Shown one piece after another: positions 1 through 9,708 of a DNA stretch of 64,000 bases. How positions within the stretch are numbered: the stretch's first letter is position 1; every line of letters starts with the position of its first letter. The position numbers were made by a program, and so were the translations under genes. The notes under the pieces were generated by a model that was not told where the DNA came from, did not search any database, and was given only the letters and a program-made list of their open reading frames with translations. Source of the stretch: Thermoplasmata archaeon (lineage in GTDB: Archaea; Thermoplasmatota; Thermoplasmata; Lutacidiplasmatales; UBA184); assembly GCA_030043855.1 (NCBI GenBank), contig JASHWW010000005.1:9088-73087 (forward strand), written 5' to 3'.

Positions 1-650
1 GCCCCCAGCGTGATCGCCAGCAGCAGCAGGGTGAGCCCGAGGGCGAACAGGACGTTCCCGGCCCAGTCGATCCGGGGCTTCTCCTCGGGCTTGGCGATCT
101 CGTGCAGGTCGATCCGGGCCCGGAGCGTCGCGATCACCCCGATCGGGACGTTCACGAAGAAGATCCATCGCCAGCCGATCGTGGACGTGATGATCCCGCC
201 GAGCACGAGTCCCGAGACCGCCCCGACCACGATCGAGACCTGGTTCACGCCGAGCGCCCGCCCGCGCTCGTTGGGCGGGAAGGCGTCGGTGATGATCGCG
301 GCGGAGTTCGAGAAGAGGAACCCCGCGCCCACGGCCTGGACCAGGCGGAAGAGGACGAGCTCGAGCCCGGTCTGCGAGAACCCGCAGAGCGCCGAGCCGG
401 CGGTGAAGATCGCGAACCCGAGCACGTAGAGGCGGACCCGTCCGAACATGTCGGAGAGACGCCCGAAGTTGAGCAGCACGACGGCGGTGAGGAGCGAGTA
501 CCCGAGGAGGATCCAGAGGACCAGCGTCGGCGACGTCCCCGGCAGCTCGCGGCCGATCGTCGGCAGCGAGATCAGGACGATGTTCGTGTCGATCGCCGCC
601 ATCAGGGTGGCGATCGTGGTGTTCGACAACACCCGCCACTTGTACTCCAC
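1..650 (-). CDS. MFS drug:H+ antiporter (DHA2/EmrB-QacA type), 3' end outside window
   Basis: Manual translation from GTG at 650: MEYKWRVLSNTTIATLMAAIDTNIVLISLP...; motif A-like GRLSDMFGRVR and WRWIFFVNVPIG; not in the ORF track because it is truncated. Confidence 0.9.
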   Translation of the reverse strand, partial: MEYKWRVLSNTTIATLMAAIDTNIVLISLPTIGRELPGTSPTLVLWILLGYSLLTAVVLLNFGRLSDMFGRVRLYVLGFAIFTAGSALCGFSQTGLELVLFRLVQAVGAGFLFSNSAAIITDAFPPNERGRALGVNQVSIVVGAVSGLVLGGIITSTIGWRWIFFVNVPIGVIATLRARIDLHEIAKPEEKPRIDWAGNVLFALGLTLLLLAITLG

Positions 651-733
651 GGAACGCTCACCCCCCGTCGCGCGGCGCCCCGGCTCCGGGGCCGGCCCGT
701 CTCATCGGCGGAACGTCTCCGGCACGCGCGGCC

Positions 734-1177
734 TCACCCGAGCGGTCCGTGGGTCGCCTGGAAGCCCGCGATCTCGGACGAGAGCTGGTCGACGTACTGG
801 CGGAAGGCGGAGAGGACGTGACGGGACGTCACGATCCCGACCACCTCCTCGCCCGATCGTACCACGAGCCGTCGGACGCCGAGTTGCGACATCGTCGTCG
901 CGACCTCGTCGGTCGGGGTATCGGGAGCGCACGTGTGCAACACGGGCGACGCGATCTCGCGCATGCGGATCCGGCTCGGGTCGACCCCGGGAGCGACCAC
1001 CTTCTCGAGGTAGTCCCATTCGGTCGCGATGCCGGCCACGACGGGCGGGTCGCCGCGTGTGACCAACGCGTACCCCTTGCGCGCGGCCAGCATCGCGCGC
1101 GCGCAGGTCAGAGCGTCCACCTCGCCGTCGATCTTGAGGAGGTGGGAGTCCATAATCTCCTTCGCCCGGAGCACCAT
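734..1177 (-). CDS. Tandem CBS-domain protein
   Basis: MVLRAKEIM...GIATEWD...MREIASP...VVGIVTSRHV Bateman module; ATG at 1177. Confidence 0.85.
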   Translation of the reverse strand: MVLRAKEIMDSHLLKIDGEVDALTCARAMLAARKGYALVTRGDPPVVAGIATEWDYLEKVVAPGVDPSRIRMREIASPVLHTCAPDTPTDEVATTMSQLGVRRLVVRSGEEVVGIVTSRHVLSAFRQYVDQLSSEIAGFQATHGPLG

Positions 1178-1265
1178 GGGCCGGCCACCCCATCGACGAT
1201 TATGAGCCCGCGTCGGTCGGACGGGCGAGCGCACGCGTGATACGGCTCGGCCGTTCCCCGCGGTC

Positions 1266-2300
1266 GTGGCAGACCCGGAATTCGAGGTCGGCCTCCTGCG
1301 AGGATTCCGGTTCGCCTGCCGCCCGGACTGCGGGCTGTGCTGCTACACCTCGCCTCAGGTCGCCCCCGACGAGTGGCGCCGACTTCGGGAGGTTCGCCCG
1401 GAGCTGACCGCGGTGCGGGCCGGCGGATCGGTCTGCGTTCCGGCCCGGTCCAACGGCGGCGCCTGCGTCCTGTTGACGGAAAACCGGTGCTCGGTCCACG
1501 CGGTACGCCCCCATCCGTGCCGGGAGTTCCCGATCTCCGTCCACGTCGGGCATAGGTTGCAAGCCAGCGTGGTGCTCTCGTGCCCGGGGATCGGATTGGA
1601 TGGGTTGGTGGGCGACCGCGAGGATCGCGAGCCGAGCGGGTTCGATGCGGAGCTCCTCGCCGTCCGGACCCGGATCGGGCGCGAGGGCGAGCGGCGCGTC
1701 GCCGAAGCAGCTCGCCGACGTCGCAAGATCCGTCGCGTGCTGGAGGCCGAGGGCCGATGGGAGGAGGAGGAGCCGGTTCGCCAGTGGCTCGGCGACCGGA
1801 TTCCCCTGCCCTCCGCCGGCTCGTTCCCGCCCGATCCGCCTCCGCCGATCGACGAACCGTGGGAGTTCCTGCCGATGTACTTCGACGGTCGGGCCGGGCC
1901 GGTCGCGCTCGGGTCCCGCGAGGACGGCTGGGAGGCCGTCGAGCTCGCCCCGACGGGCGGAGGTTCTCCCCTCGGGGTGGCGGTCCCTCCGGATCGCCCG
2001 CCGAAGTTGGACGAAGGCGCGCGGGAGCTGCTGGAGGCGTACCTCCGGTACTGGCTCGCGAGGGACGCCTTCTTTGGGACGCTGCACGTCGAGCTCTTGG
2101 ACCGGAGGCCGGGCACGGTCCGTGAGGAAGCGGAGCGAACGCTCCGGGAGATCGGTGCCGCGACCGTCGCGACCTCGTACGTCCGGGCGCAGTTCCGTCG
2201 CGGACCCCCCGAAGAGCTCCGGCGCGACGATCTCGAGCGGGGGATCCGGGCGGTCGACCTCGACTGGCTCGACCGGGCCTCCTGGGGAGGACGGCTCTAA
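1266..2300 (+). CDS. YkgJ-family cysteine cluster (Fe-S/Zn) protein
   Basis: CRPDCGLCC ... CVLL..NRCSVHAVRPHPCREFP motif set. Confidence 0.8.
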   Translation: MADPEFEVGLLRGFRFACRPDCGLCCYTSPQVAPDEWRRLREVRPELTAVRAGGSVCVPARSNGGACVLLTENRCSVHAVRPHPCREFPISVHVGHRLQASVVLSCPGIGLDGLVGDREDREPSGFDAELLAVRTRIGREGERRVAEAARRRRKIRRVLEAEGRWEEEEPVRQWLGDRIPLPSAGSFPPDPPPPIDEPWEFLPMYFDGRAGPVALGSREDGWEAVELAPTGGGSPLGVAVPPDRPPKLDEGARELLEAYLRYWLARDAFFGTLHVELLDRRPGTVREEAERTLREIGAATVATSYVRAQFRRGPPEELRRDDLERGIRAVDLDWLDRASWGGRL

Positions 2301-3448
2301 GGCCCGGGAAATCGGATCCCGATCGCGGCCTCGAGCTCCGCCACCAGACGGTCCCCGTGCTCCGGCCGCCAGCGACTCGGGAGGGGAGTCGCCGGCTCGG
2401 CCCACACGGGCGGCGCCTCCGTCCCGATCGTTTCGAAGAACTCCAGGCGCCAGGGCTCCGGAAGCGCGACGCCGTCCGCGGGAACGGAGTCCGGGTCCAT
2501 CAGGATCCGCCCCGTTCGTGCGAGCACCCGTCCCACGGACTCCGCGCGGTATCCTCCTCCTCCGGTGACCAAGAGCCGCCCGTCGCTGTACCTCTGGGAC
2601 CACTCGAGCAGCCAGCGGTCGATCTGGGCGTACGCCTCCGGCGTGTACTGGAGGCGCGCGAGCGGGTCCCCCCAATGCCCGTCGACCCCGTGCTGGGCGA
2701 CGATCAGCTCGGGCCGGAACGACTCCAGAAGCGGCGGGACGACTCGTCGGACGAGGGAGAGCAACGCCTCGTCGCCCGCGGTCGGGGGCAACGGGAGATT
2801 CACCTTCGCCCCGGCGCCGTCTCCCCGGCCGGTCTCGTTCGGGAAGCCGGTCCCCGGAAACAACGTACGTCCGTCCTGATGCACGTCGATGTCGAGCAGC
2901 CGCCCGCAGTCGTAGAACCCGTACATCACACCGTCTCCGTGATGGGCGTCGATGTCCAGATAGCAGACCCGCAGTCCTCGGGCGATGGCGGCCGCGATCG
3001 CGACCGCGACGTCGTTGAAGACGCAGAACCCGCTCGCGCGTCCCGGGTGGGCGTGGTGGAGGCCGCCCCCGGGGTGGAAGGCGGGGCGCCGGGACTCCAG
3101 CGTGCGCTCGAGCGCGACCGTGGCCCCTCCGACCAGGCGCGCCGCGGCCTCGTAGCACCCGGGGAACGCGGGCGTATCGCCCTGGTCCAGGTAGAGCCGC
3201 TCCTCGTACGCTCCCGCGCGCTCGACGAAGTCCAGGTACGGGGTCGCGTGAAACGTCGACAGCTCCGGGCGCCCGCTCGGGACGACCGATCGGATCCACG
3301 CGACGTCCGGAGCGTCCGGGACATCGAGCGAGAGCTCGAGGAGGCGGACGGCGAGCGAGCGACTGGCCTCGGAGAACGGGTGGTCCCCTCCGAAGTCGTA
3401 GTCGGTGAACCGGGGATCCCAGACGATCGTCGCTCGGGGTTCGGCCAT
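2297..3448 (-). CDS. Zn-dependent deacetylase, HDAC/AcuC family
   Basis: GGGLHHAH..RASGFCVFND, DIDAHHGDG, GVDGHWGDPL and GGGGY motifs intact; ATG at 3448. Confidence 0.9.
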   Translation of the reverse strand: MAEPRATIVWDPRFTDYDFGGDHPFSEASRSLAVRLLELSLDVPDAPDVAWIRSVVPSGRPELSTFHATPYLDFVERAGAYEERLYLDQGDTPAFPGCYEAAARLVGGATVALERTLESRRPAFHPGGGLHHAHPGRASGFCVFNDVAVAIAAAIARGLRVCYLDIDAHHGDGVMYGFYDCGRLLDIDVHQDGRTLFPGTGFPNETGRGDGAGAKVNLPLPPTAGDEALLSLVRRVVPPLLESFRPELIVAQHGVDGHWGDPLARLQYTPEAYAQIDRWLLEWSQRYSDGRLLVTGGGGYRAESVGRVLARTGRILMDPDSVPADGVALPEPWRLEFFETIGTEAPPVWAEPATPLPSRWRPEHGDRLVAELEAAIGIRFPGP

Positions 3449-3554
3449 GCCCGCGGGACACCGGAGGCGCGGTCCGGTAAAAGTGGTCCGGTCGCCTCCG
3501 CCGTCCGGAGGCATTATCTGGCCGGGTCGTTCGGCACGCCCGGCGGGGGATCCG

Positions 3555-3779
3555 ATGGGGATCGAGGACGAGGTCTCGTCGAACGCGGTCAAGGTCTACA
3601 AGGCGATGAAGGAGCTCGGCATGCTCGTCGAAGAGAAGATGGGCACCGCCGAGCGGATCACTCAGTCCGCGAAGCTGCCGAAGACGATGGTGATGAACGC
3701 CCTGCAGGAACTGCAGACGAAGGGGTTCGCCCGTCGGAAGGTGCGCGAGAAAGCCGCCGGCTACTTCCTCACGAAGTAG
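3555..3779 (+). CDS. Small basic winged-helix DNA-binding protein (74 aa)
   Basis: MGIEDEVSSNAVKVYKAMKELG...TAERITQSAKLPKTMVMNALQELQTKGFARRKVREKAAGYFLTK; wHTH pattern and strong codon bias. Confidence 0.75.
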   Translation: MGIEDEVSSNAVKVYKAMKELGMLVEEKMGTAERITQSAKLPKTMVMNALQELQTKGFARRKVREKAAGYFLTK

Positions 3780-4746
3780 TATCGGGCGACTCGGTCGCGT
3801 GGGCCTGCTCGTCGTGCGCCCAGACCTTCTGGACGAGCCGGCTGGTCGAGCGGAGCGTCACCTCGGTCACGGAACTCACGCGCGCCACCTGCGCCCGGGA
3901 CCGGTGCTCGCCGTTGCGCTCCGCGGCCAGATAGATCAGCGCCGCGACGAGACCGTGCGGGCTCAATCCGGAGAGCTCGGGGTCCTCGCGCGCTTCGTCG
4001 AGCATCGCTTCGACCGTGGACCGGACCCGCGGGGAGAGGGCCAGCTCCTGCGCGTACCGTGCGAGGAACGACTTCGCGCCCACGCCCGGGATCGCGAGCC
4101 CGCTGCCCCGCTGGATGACCTTGAAGGTGCGGCCGACCTCGGCCCGCTCCGCGCCGACCGCGGTCGCGACCTCCCCGAGCGTCCGGGGGATCGAGTACCG
4201 GCGGCACGCCGCGTAGACGCACGCCCCGACGCTCGCCGGCAGGCTCCGGCCTCGGAAGAGTCCCCGCGCCTTCGACTCGCGATAGACGTGCTCCGTCTCG
4301 GTGAGCACGATCGGCGGGAGGCCCATCTTTTCCCCCGCGACCTGGATCTCGCCGCGGACGGGCGAGCGCTCCAGCGCGCCGTCAGCGACCCGGGAGGTCT
4401 GCCGCTGCATGACGCGCTTCAGGTGCTGGAACTCGTACCGCCGATGCCAATCGAGACGGCGTCCCTGCCCGTCGCGGCTGAGCGAGAGGGTCGACCCCAA
4501 GAGTCGCTTCGACCCTCCGGGGGTCACAAAGGGGCCGATCCCGCGCCCGCTGCCGGCCGACGTCTGCGGGTCGATCGGTGGGGGAGGACTGGAGAGGATC
4601 GCCACCTCGTCGAGGACGAGACCGCATTCGGCGCAGCAGGTCTCCGAGCGGGCGGGGTCGACGATCCGGTGCGTGCTGCGGCACATCGGGCAGGGGGTCG
4701 GTCCCCCAGCGGCGGCCACCTCGGGTCGAGTCCCGGTCTCGCCCAC
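3769..4746 (-). CDS. tfb: Transcription initiation factor IIB (TFB) paralog, divergent
   Basis: CPMC...CAECG Zn ribbon, two cyclin repeats (GRSLPASVGACVYAACR; GLSPHGLVAALIYLA) and C-terminal VTEVTLR; GTG at 4746. Confidence 0.85.
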   Translation of the reverse strand: MGETGTRPEVAAAGGPTPCPMCRSTHRIVDPARSETCCAECGLVLDEVAILSSPPPPIDPQTSAGSGRGIGPFVTPGGSKRLLGSTLSLSRDGQGRRLDWHRRYEFQHLKRVMQRQTSRVADGALERSPVRGEIQVAGEKMGLPPIVLTETEHVYRESKARGLFRGRSLPASVGACVYAACRRYSIPRTLGEVATAVGAERAEVGRTFKVIQRGSGLAIPGVGAKSFLARYAQELALSPRVRSTVEAMLDEAREDPELSGLSPHGLVAALIYLAAERNGEHRSRAQVARVSSVTEVTLRSTSRLVQKVWAHDEQAHATESPDTTS

Positions 4747-4770
4747 GGTACTCCCGTGATGGCCGGGCCC

Positions 4771-4778
4771 TATTAATT
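4771..4778 (-). promoter_or_regulatory. TATA box of tfb (probably leaderless transcript)
   Basis: AATTAATA on the minus strand 25 nt upstream of the GTG, in a very GC-rich background. Confidence 0.6.
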
Positions 4779-4846
4779 CTCGTCCAACGGCCTTCGGGAA
4801 CCGCGCCGAATGAAGCCTATTTGAGAGGTGCGGGACTGTCAGGGCG

Positions 4847-5482
4847 GTGCGCACTGGCCTCGTTCTCGTCGGCATCGGAATGGCGGTCATCGGCGCGGGA
4901 GTGATCGCATCGCTCGCGCTGGCGCCCGACCCGGGCACCCTCCGGGAGTCGTGGCCGATCGACATCGAGAATCTGACCAGCAACGCCTCCCGGGGCGTGC
5001 CGGTCCCGGTCACCGATGGAGCCTCTTCGGTGTTCTCGTTCGATTGGGTCGCTTCGAGCGCGGCTGAGGCGAGCCTCTGGCCGGCCGTCTCGTGCGGCGC
5101 GGCCGTCGGCGCCTGCCCCACGACGGAGCTCCCGGTCGTCCACTGGAACGCTACGACGCACGGTGACTGGACGACGCACGGCGACCTCCCCTCGTACTAC
5201 CTTCTCACCATCTGGGCCGCCGCGAAGTCGTCGGTGAACTTCACCGGCCAGGTCGCGGAGACGTACTCGGCCCCGAGTCTGGCGATCCCGACCTGGGCCG
5301 AGATCTCGGTGATCGTCGGCGGAGTCGTCCTGCTCGGGATCGGAGCGATGGCCCTGTTCCTCGGGCTGTTCCTGCGGACCTCGATCTACCGGGGACCGCC
5401 TCCGCCGCCTCCGCCGGAGCTCGCGGTCGACGAGACCGACGAGTTTGACGACGAGCCGCCCGACCCGCCGAACCCGAGCTGA
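4847..5482 (+). CDS. Hypothetical membrane protein (N- and C-terminal TM helices, Pro/acidic tail)
   Basis: Two hydrophobic segments flanking a beta-rich domain. Confidence 0.7.
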   Translation: MRTGLVLVGIGMAVIGAGVIASLALAPDPGTLRESWPIDIENLTSNASRGVPVPVTDGASSVFSFDWVASSAAEASLWPAVSCGAAVGACPTTELPVVHWNATTHGDWTTHGDLPSYYLLTIWAAAKSSVNFTGQVAETYSAPSLAIPTWAEISVIVGGVVLLGIGAMALFLGLFLRTSIYRGPPPPPPPELAVDETDEFDDEPPDPPNPS

Positions 5483-5498
5483 CCGAGCCGGGGGGCGA

Positions 5499-7262
5499 CT
5501 ACTGCCCCCAGAACGGCCTCTCGGCCCGGTGAATCCGTACGACCTCTTCGAGGATCTCGCCCTCGCGCGGCGTCAGGGCCTGCTGCCGCAACGCCCGGGC
5601 CGCCGATTCCGGGATCGATGTGAGCAGGGCATCGCCGGGTTTCAGATTCCGACCGATCACCGCCCCCTCGATCGAGGCCGCGAGCTCGGTCCCCTCCTCC
5701 GCTTCGGCGACGCTCTCGCCGTCCCGTTGCAGGCCGCGGAGCACCCCGACCTCGGATCCGTCGGTGTGCATCAGGCGGACGCCCGGGCGCAGCGTCCCGC
5801 CGACCACCTTCACGCCCACGATCGCCGGCTTGGAGACGCGGAACACGAATCCGGGCAGCACCTCGAGCTTCGCGGGGTGGACGAGTTCCAGCCGCCGCTG
5901 GGCCTGGAGCTCCCGGCTCCTCTGTTGGCGCCACGTCTCGTACTCCTCCATCGCCCGGTACATCACGTCGGCCCGGAAGATCTTGACCGGCCCGTCCTCC
6001 CCTTCGGGGAGGGCGTCGGGAAGCACGGGCACGTTGAACGCGATCACCGCCCGATGGGTCGGGTCCTTCACGTCGGCCATCCGGAGGATGGTCGACCGCC
6101 CGACCGGTCCGACCCCGGCCTCGTGGACCGGCAGGTTCCTCTGCCGGCACTCGAAGGCGAGCGCCTCGAGCCCCCCCAGCGTGTCGGCGTAGATGGCGAC
6201 GCCGCTCTCCGCGAGCTCGGCGACCGGGTGCGATTCGCGGGTCAGCGCGGCCCGGACCTCCTCGGTCTCGGCGGTCGTCCGGACGACCTTGAGGAGCCCG
6301 CCGGGCATCGCATCCTCGATCCCGGGCGCCGACAGATACACGCCCGCGGCCGCGCGCACTGCGGCGAGCGACTCGAGCCGGCGCTGCTTCGAGACCTTCC
6401 CCTCCTTGGGAGGGATCGGGCGGTAGATCCCGCGCACGCGGGTCTCGAACGGCTCGGTGCGGCCGGTCGCGACGACGGTGTCGCCGACCTTGAGGGTCCC
6501 CTTGTAGACGATGATGCTGCTGACCGGGCCGACCCCGCGCTGGTCGCTCCGCTCGACGATCGTCGCCTCCCCCTCGCCCGCCTGGAGTTCGAGCTCCTCG
6601 GTCAGGAACCGTTGCGCGAGGCCGACGAGGAGCGCGATGAGCTCGGGGACGCCGACGCCGGTCTTGGACGACACCGGGACGATCCCGAGGTTCCGGGTGA
6701 AGTCGGTGACCCGGTCGTACCGGTCCGCCGAGAATCCCATCTGGACGAGGTCCTCCGCGACGCGGTAGAGGTGCGCGTCCAGCGCCTTCTCGAACTCCGG
6801 GCCGGACCGCTGGATCTCCTCGCGGAGCGAGACCGTTCCCGTGGCCTTGCGCCAGCCGGGCAGGAGGTCGATCTTCGTGAGGGCCACCGCGAACGGCGTC
6901 TTCTCGCGCCGGAGAATCTCGACGGACTCGCGAGTTTGCGGCATGAACCCCTCGCGAGCGTCCACGACGAGGATCGCGAGGTCGGAGAGCGCCCCGCCCC
7001 GCCGGCGGAGGGTCTCGAAGGAGCGGTGTCCCGGCGTGTCGACGAAGAGCAGCCCCGGGATGCGCATCTGGTCGCCCCGGAGGATCCCCTCGCAGAGCTT
7101 CCGGACGACCGGGCCCGGTACCTCGACGGCCCCGATGTGCTGGGTGATCCCGCCGGCCTCCCGCGAGGCGCGCACGCTCCCGGCGATGCGGTCGAGGAGC
7201 GTCGTCTTGCCGTGGTCGACGTGCCCCAGGAGGGAGACGATCGGCTCGCGCAGGTCGGCCAC
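5499..7262 (-). CDS. infB: Translation initiation factor aIF5B/IF-2
   Basis: [29 protein letters not shown]; archaeal C-terminus ...RPFWGQ. Confidence 0.97.
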   Translation of the reverse strand: MADLREPIVSLLGHVDHGKTTLLDRIAGSVRASREAGGITQHIGAVEVPGPVVRKLCEGILRGDQMRIPGLLFVDTPGHRSFETLRRRGGALSDLAILVVDAREGFMPQTRESVEILRREKTPFAVALTKIDLLPGWRKATGTVSLREEIQRSGPEFEKALDAHLYRVAEDLVQMGFSADRYDRVTDFTRNLGIVPVSSKTGVGVPELIALLVGLAQRFLTEELELQAGEGEATIVERSDQRGVGPVSSIIVYKGTLKVGDTVVATGRTEPFETRVRGIYRPIPPKEGKVSKQRRLESLAAVRAAAGVYLSAPGIEDAMPGGLLKVVRTTAETEEVRAALTRESHPVAELAESGVAIYADTLGGLEALAFECRQRNLPVHEAGVGPVGRSTILRMADVKDPTHRAVIAFNVPVLPDALPEGEDGPVKIFRADVMYRAMEEYETWRQQRSRELQAQRRLELVHPAKLEVLPGFVFRVSKPAIVGVKVVGGTLRPGVRLMHTDGSEVGVLRGLQRDGESVAEAEEGTELAASIEGAVIGRNLKPGDALLTSIPESAARALRQQALTPREGEILEEVVRIHRAERPFWGQ

Positions 7263-7286
7263 GCGCGGTCGACGAGGGGCCGACCC

Positions 7287-8318
7287 TTAGCGTTTCTCGC
7301 CGACCGCCTCGGGAGCCGCGAGGGCGGCGCGCAGCCGCTCGGCCGCCGCTTCGGGCGGGATCGGATTGACGGCGACCCCGGTGCCGACCTCGAAGCCGTC
7401 GGGGCGGATCGTCCGCGGCAGCAACTCGAGGTACCAGTGCTCCGATTCGCTGCCGAGCCCGCCCGCCCCGCTCCGGGTCACGAGGTTGTAGGAGACGCCC
7501 GGAACGAGCGATCGGAGCGCGCGCAGGGTCCGGGGCACCCGCTCCGCCAGCTCGTCGAGCTCCGCGTCGGTCGAATCGCCGAACGTCCGCGCATGCCGAC
7601 GGGGAAGGAATCGCACCTCGTACGGAAGGGCGGAGGCGTACGGGGCGTACGTCACGAACGATGCGCCTCGGTCTAGCAGGCGAGCCCCGCCGGCCTCCTC
7701 GCGCGCCCCGATCTCTTCGTATGCGCACGGAACCCCCTCCGCGCGGGCCCACGCCCGGGCGCCCGCGGCCTCCTCGGCGAGCTCCAACGGCACGAACGGG
7801 AGCGCGATCGCTTGCGCGTGGGGGTGCGTCAGCGTGCCTCCGGACTCGGGCCCGGCGTTCTCGAACAGGATGGAGCTCTGGATCCCCGGTCGGCCCGCGA
7901 GGTCGCGGATCCGGTCCCGGCCCATCCGGAGCACCTCGGCGGCCGCCTCGGGAAGGAACTCCGCGAATCCGGGCGCGTGATCCGGGCTCATGACGATCAC
8001 CTCGTGGTAGCCGGTCGCCGCGCGCCGGACGCCGAGCGGCGTGCGTTCCCCGAGGAGATGCGGGTCGGGAGGTCCCTCGAGCGTCGGGAACCGGTTGGGG
8101 ATCGACCGTACCGTCCACCCGGGAGCGTTCGGCGGTCGGCCCGGTGGACCGAAGGCGGCCGTCTCCGCGGGCGTCCGCGCCTCGTGACCGCCGCAGAACG
8201 GACACTCTCCGTCCGGCGGGGCGGGGGCACGTCCCCGGTACTCGTCCGGCCTCGCGAGCCGTCCCTCGGCGATGACGACCCACCGACCGGAGAACGGGTC
8301 CTGCCGCAGCTCCGACAT
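7287..8318 (-). CDS. galT: Galactose-1-phosphate uridylyltransferase (GalT/HIT) family protein
   Basis: [32 protein letters not shown] catalytic motif. Confidence 0.85.
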   Translation of the reverse strand: MSELRQDPFSGRWVVIAEGRLARPDEYRGRAPAPPDGECPFCGGHEARTPAETAAFGPPGRPPNAPGWTVRSIPNRFPTLEGPPDPHLLGERTPLGVRRAATGYHEVIVMSPDHAPGFAEFLPEAAAEVLRMGRDRIRDLAGRPGIQSSILFENAGPESGGTLTHPHAQAIALPFVPLELAEEAAGARAWARAEGVPCAYEEIGAREEAGGARLLDRGASFVTYAPYASALPYEVRFLPRRHARTFGDSTDAELDELAERVPRTLRALRSLVPGVSYNLVTRSGAGGLGSESEHWYLELLPRTIRPDGFEVGTGVAVNPIPPEAAAERLRAALAAPEAVGEKR

Positions 8319-8364
8319 CGCGCGACCGACCAACCCCGGCGCCCACTTGAGCCGGCGGGGCGGC

Positions 8365-9708
8365 TCAGTCGAGTTCGCTCAGGGGCCCGGTGATCAGGGG
8401 TACGAGGAACTCGGCCGGGTCGAGACCGCCGTGGGCGCCCGGTCGGTGATGCGGTCGCGCCGCGGCCCCCGGGATCGAGTAGGTCACGCCCGCGCCCGCG
8501 GGCAGGAGAACGATACTCTCCCCGATGCGTTCGCGGAGCTCCGGATGGAACGGCGGGGGGCCGAACAGACCCCCGGCGATCGCTGCATCGACGTCGAGGT
8601 AGCCGGTTCCTGGGGGGAGGTGTCGGAGGAGAGCGTCCCGGAGGGCGTCCGCATGCCCGGGACGGGGGACGACGAATACGGCCCGCCGATCGCCGGCGGG
8701 AGGGCGAGCGAGGTGTTCGAGGATCGACGGTTCGGCATCGACCCGCAGGAGTCCCTGGGGCGGGATCGACACCTGTCCGTGGTCGGCGGTCAGGAGGAGG
8801 GTCGTGCGACGCGCGCGTTCCGGTGCGACGCGTCGCCGGACCGCATCGAGGATCCGGGCCACCTGCGCGACCTCGAACTCCGCCATCTCCCGGTCCGGGC
8901 CGTGCAGGTGCTCGACGGTGTCGAGCTCGTCCCAGTACAGGAACACCAGCGCGGGGGGCGTCGGGCGGTCGAGGAGTCTCCCGAGGACCCGGACGAGATC
9001 CCCCGCGGTCGCGTACGGCGCGAACTCCGCCCCGTCGTAGAGGGTGCGCGTGAACCCGGACCCCGCGTACGTTCCGCGGGTCACAGCGACGGCCGGAACC
9101 CCGCGGCGAAAGATCGTTGGCACGCCCGAGATGTCCGCGGGCGTCCAGCCCGGGCCGACCAGGCTCTCGGCGTGCGGGTTCCCGAGGGGCGTCATGTGGA
9201 GGATCTCGGTCACGGTCCCGAACCGAGGGAGGTACTCCCGGTGGCCGACGACCCCGGTGCGACCCGGGGGAGCGGCGGCCGAGAGGCTCGTGAGGGCGAC
9301 GGTGGTGGTCGTCGGGAACACGGAGGTGATGGGGCGGGCGTCCAGCCAGGCGGGAGGGATCCCGGCTGGCCGGCCCGCACCGTCCTCACCGAACGGTGCG
9401 CCCCATCCGAGCCCGTCCACGATCCCGACGATCACCGTTCCCTCGGCGCGCCGACCGTCGAACGGGTCGAGGTCGCGCGCGAGCGGGGCGACCAGCTCCG
9501 ACGCCTCGACGGAGGCTCCCGTCGCCCGCACCGCCGTGGCCGCCACGTTCGGGAGCGATCGGCCATCGAACGACGGAAGTGGAAGGCCGAGTGCGCCGAT
9601 CGGGCGCAACAGTTGCGCCACGTCCTTCGCGAACGATCCGGACGTGGCCCTGACCTCCCCGGTCCGATGCGACGTGCGCGGGCTCTTAACCCCCGCCGAC
9701 CGCGACAT
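8365..9708 (-). CDS. Alkaline phosphatase superfamily nucleotide pyrophosphatase/phosphodiesterase (start uncertain, alternative GTG at 9621)
   Basis: VDGLG, SVFPTTT, LDTVEH, TADHG and GAHGG metal-binding motifs. Confidence 0.85.
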   Translation of the reverse strand: MSRSAGVKSPRTSHRTGEVRATSGSFAKDVAQLLRPIGALGLPLPSFDGRSLPNVAATAVRATGASVEASELVAPLARDLDPFDGRRAEGTVIVGIVDGLGWGAPFGEDGAGRPAGIPPAWLDARPITSVFPTTTTVALTSLSAAAPPGRTGVVGHREYLPRFGTVTEILHMTPLGNPHAESLVGPGWTPADISGVPTIFRRGVPAVAVTRGTYAGSGFTRTLYDGAEFAPYATAGDLVRVLGRLLDRPTPPALVFLYWDELDTVEHLHGPDREMAEFEVAQVARILDAVRRRVAPERARRTTLLLTADHGQVSIPPQGLLRVDAEPSILEHLARPPAGDRRAVFVVPRPGHADALRDALLRHLPPGTGYLDVDAAIAGGLFGPPPFHPELRERIGESIVLLPAGAGVTYSIPGAAARPHHRPGAHGGLDPAEFLVPLITGPLSELD

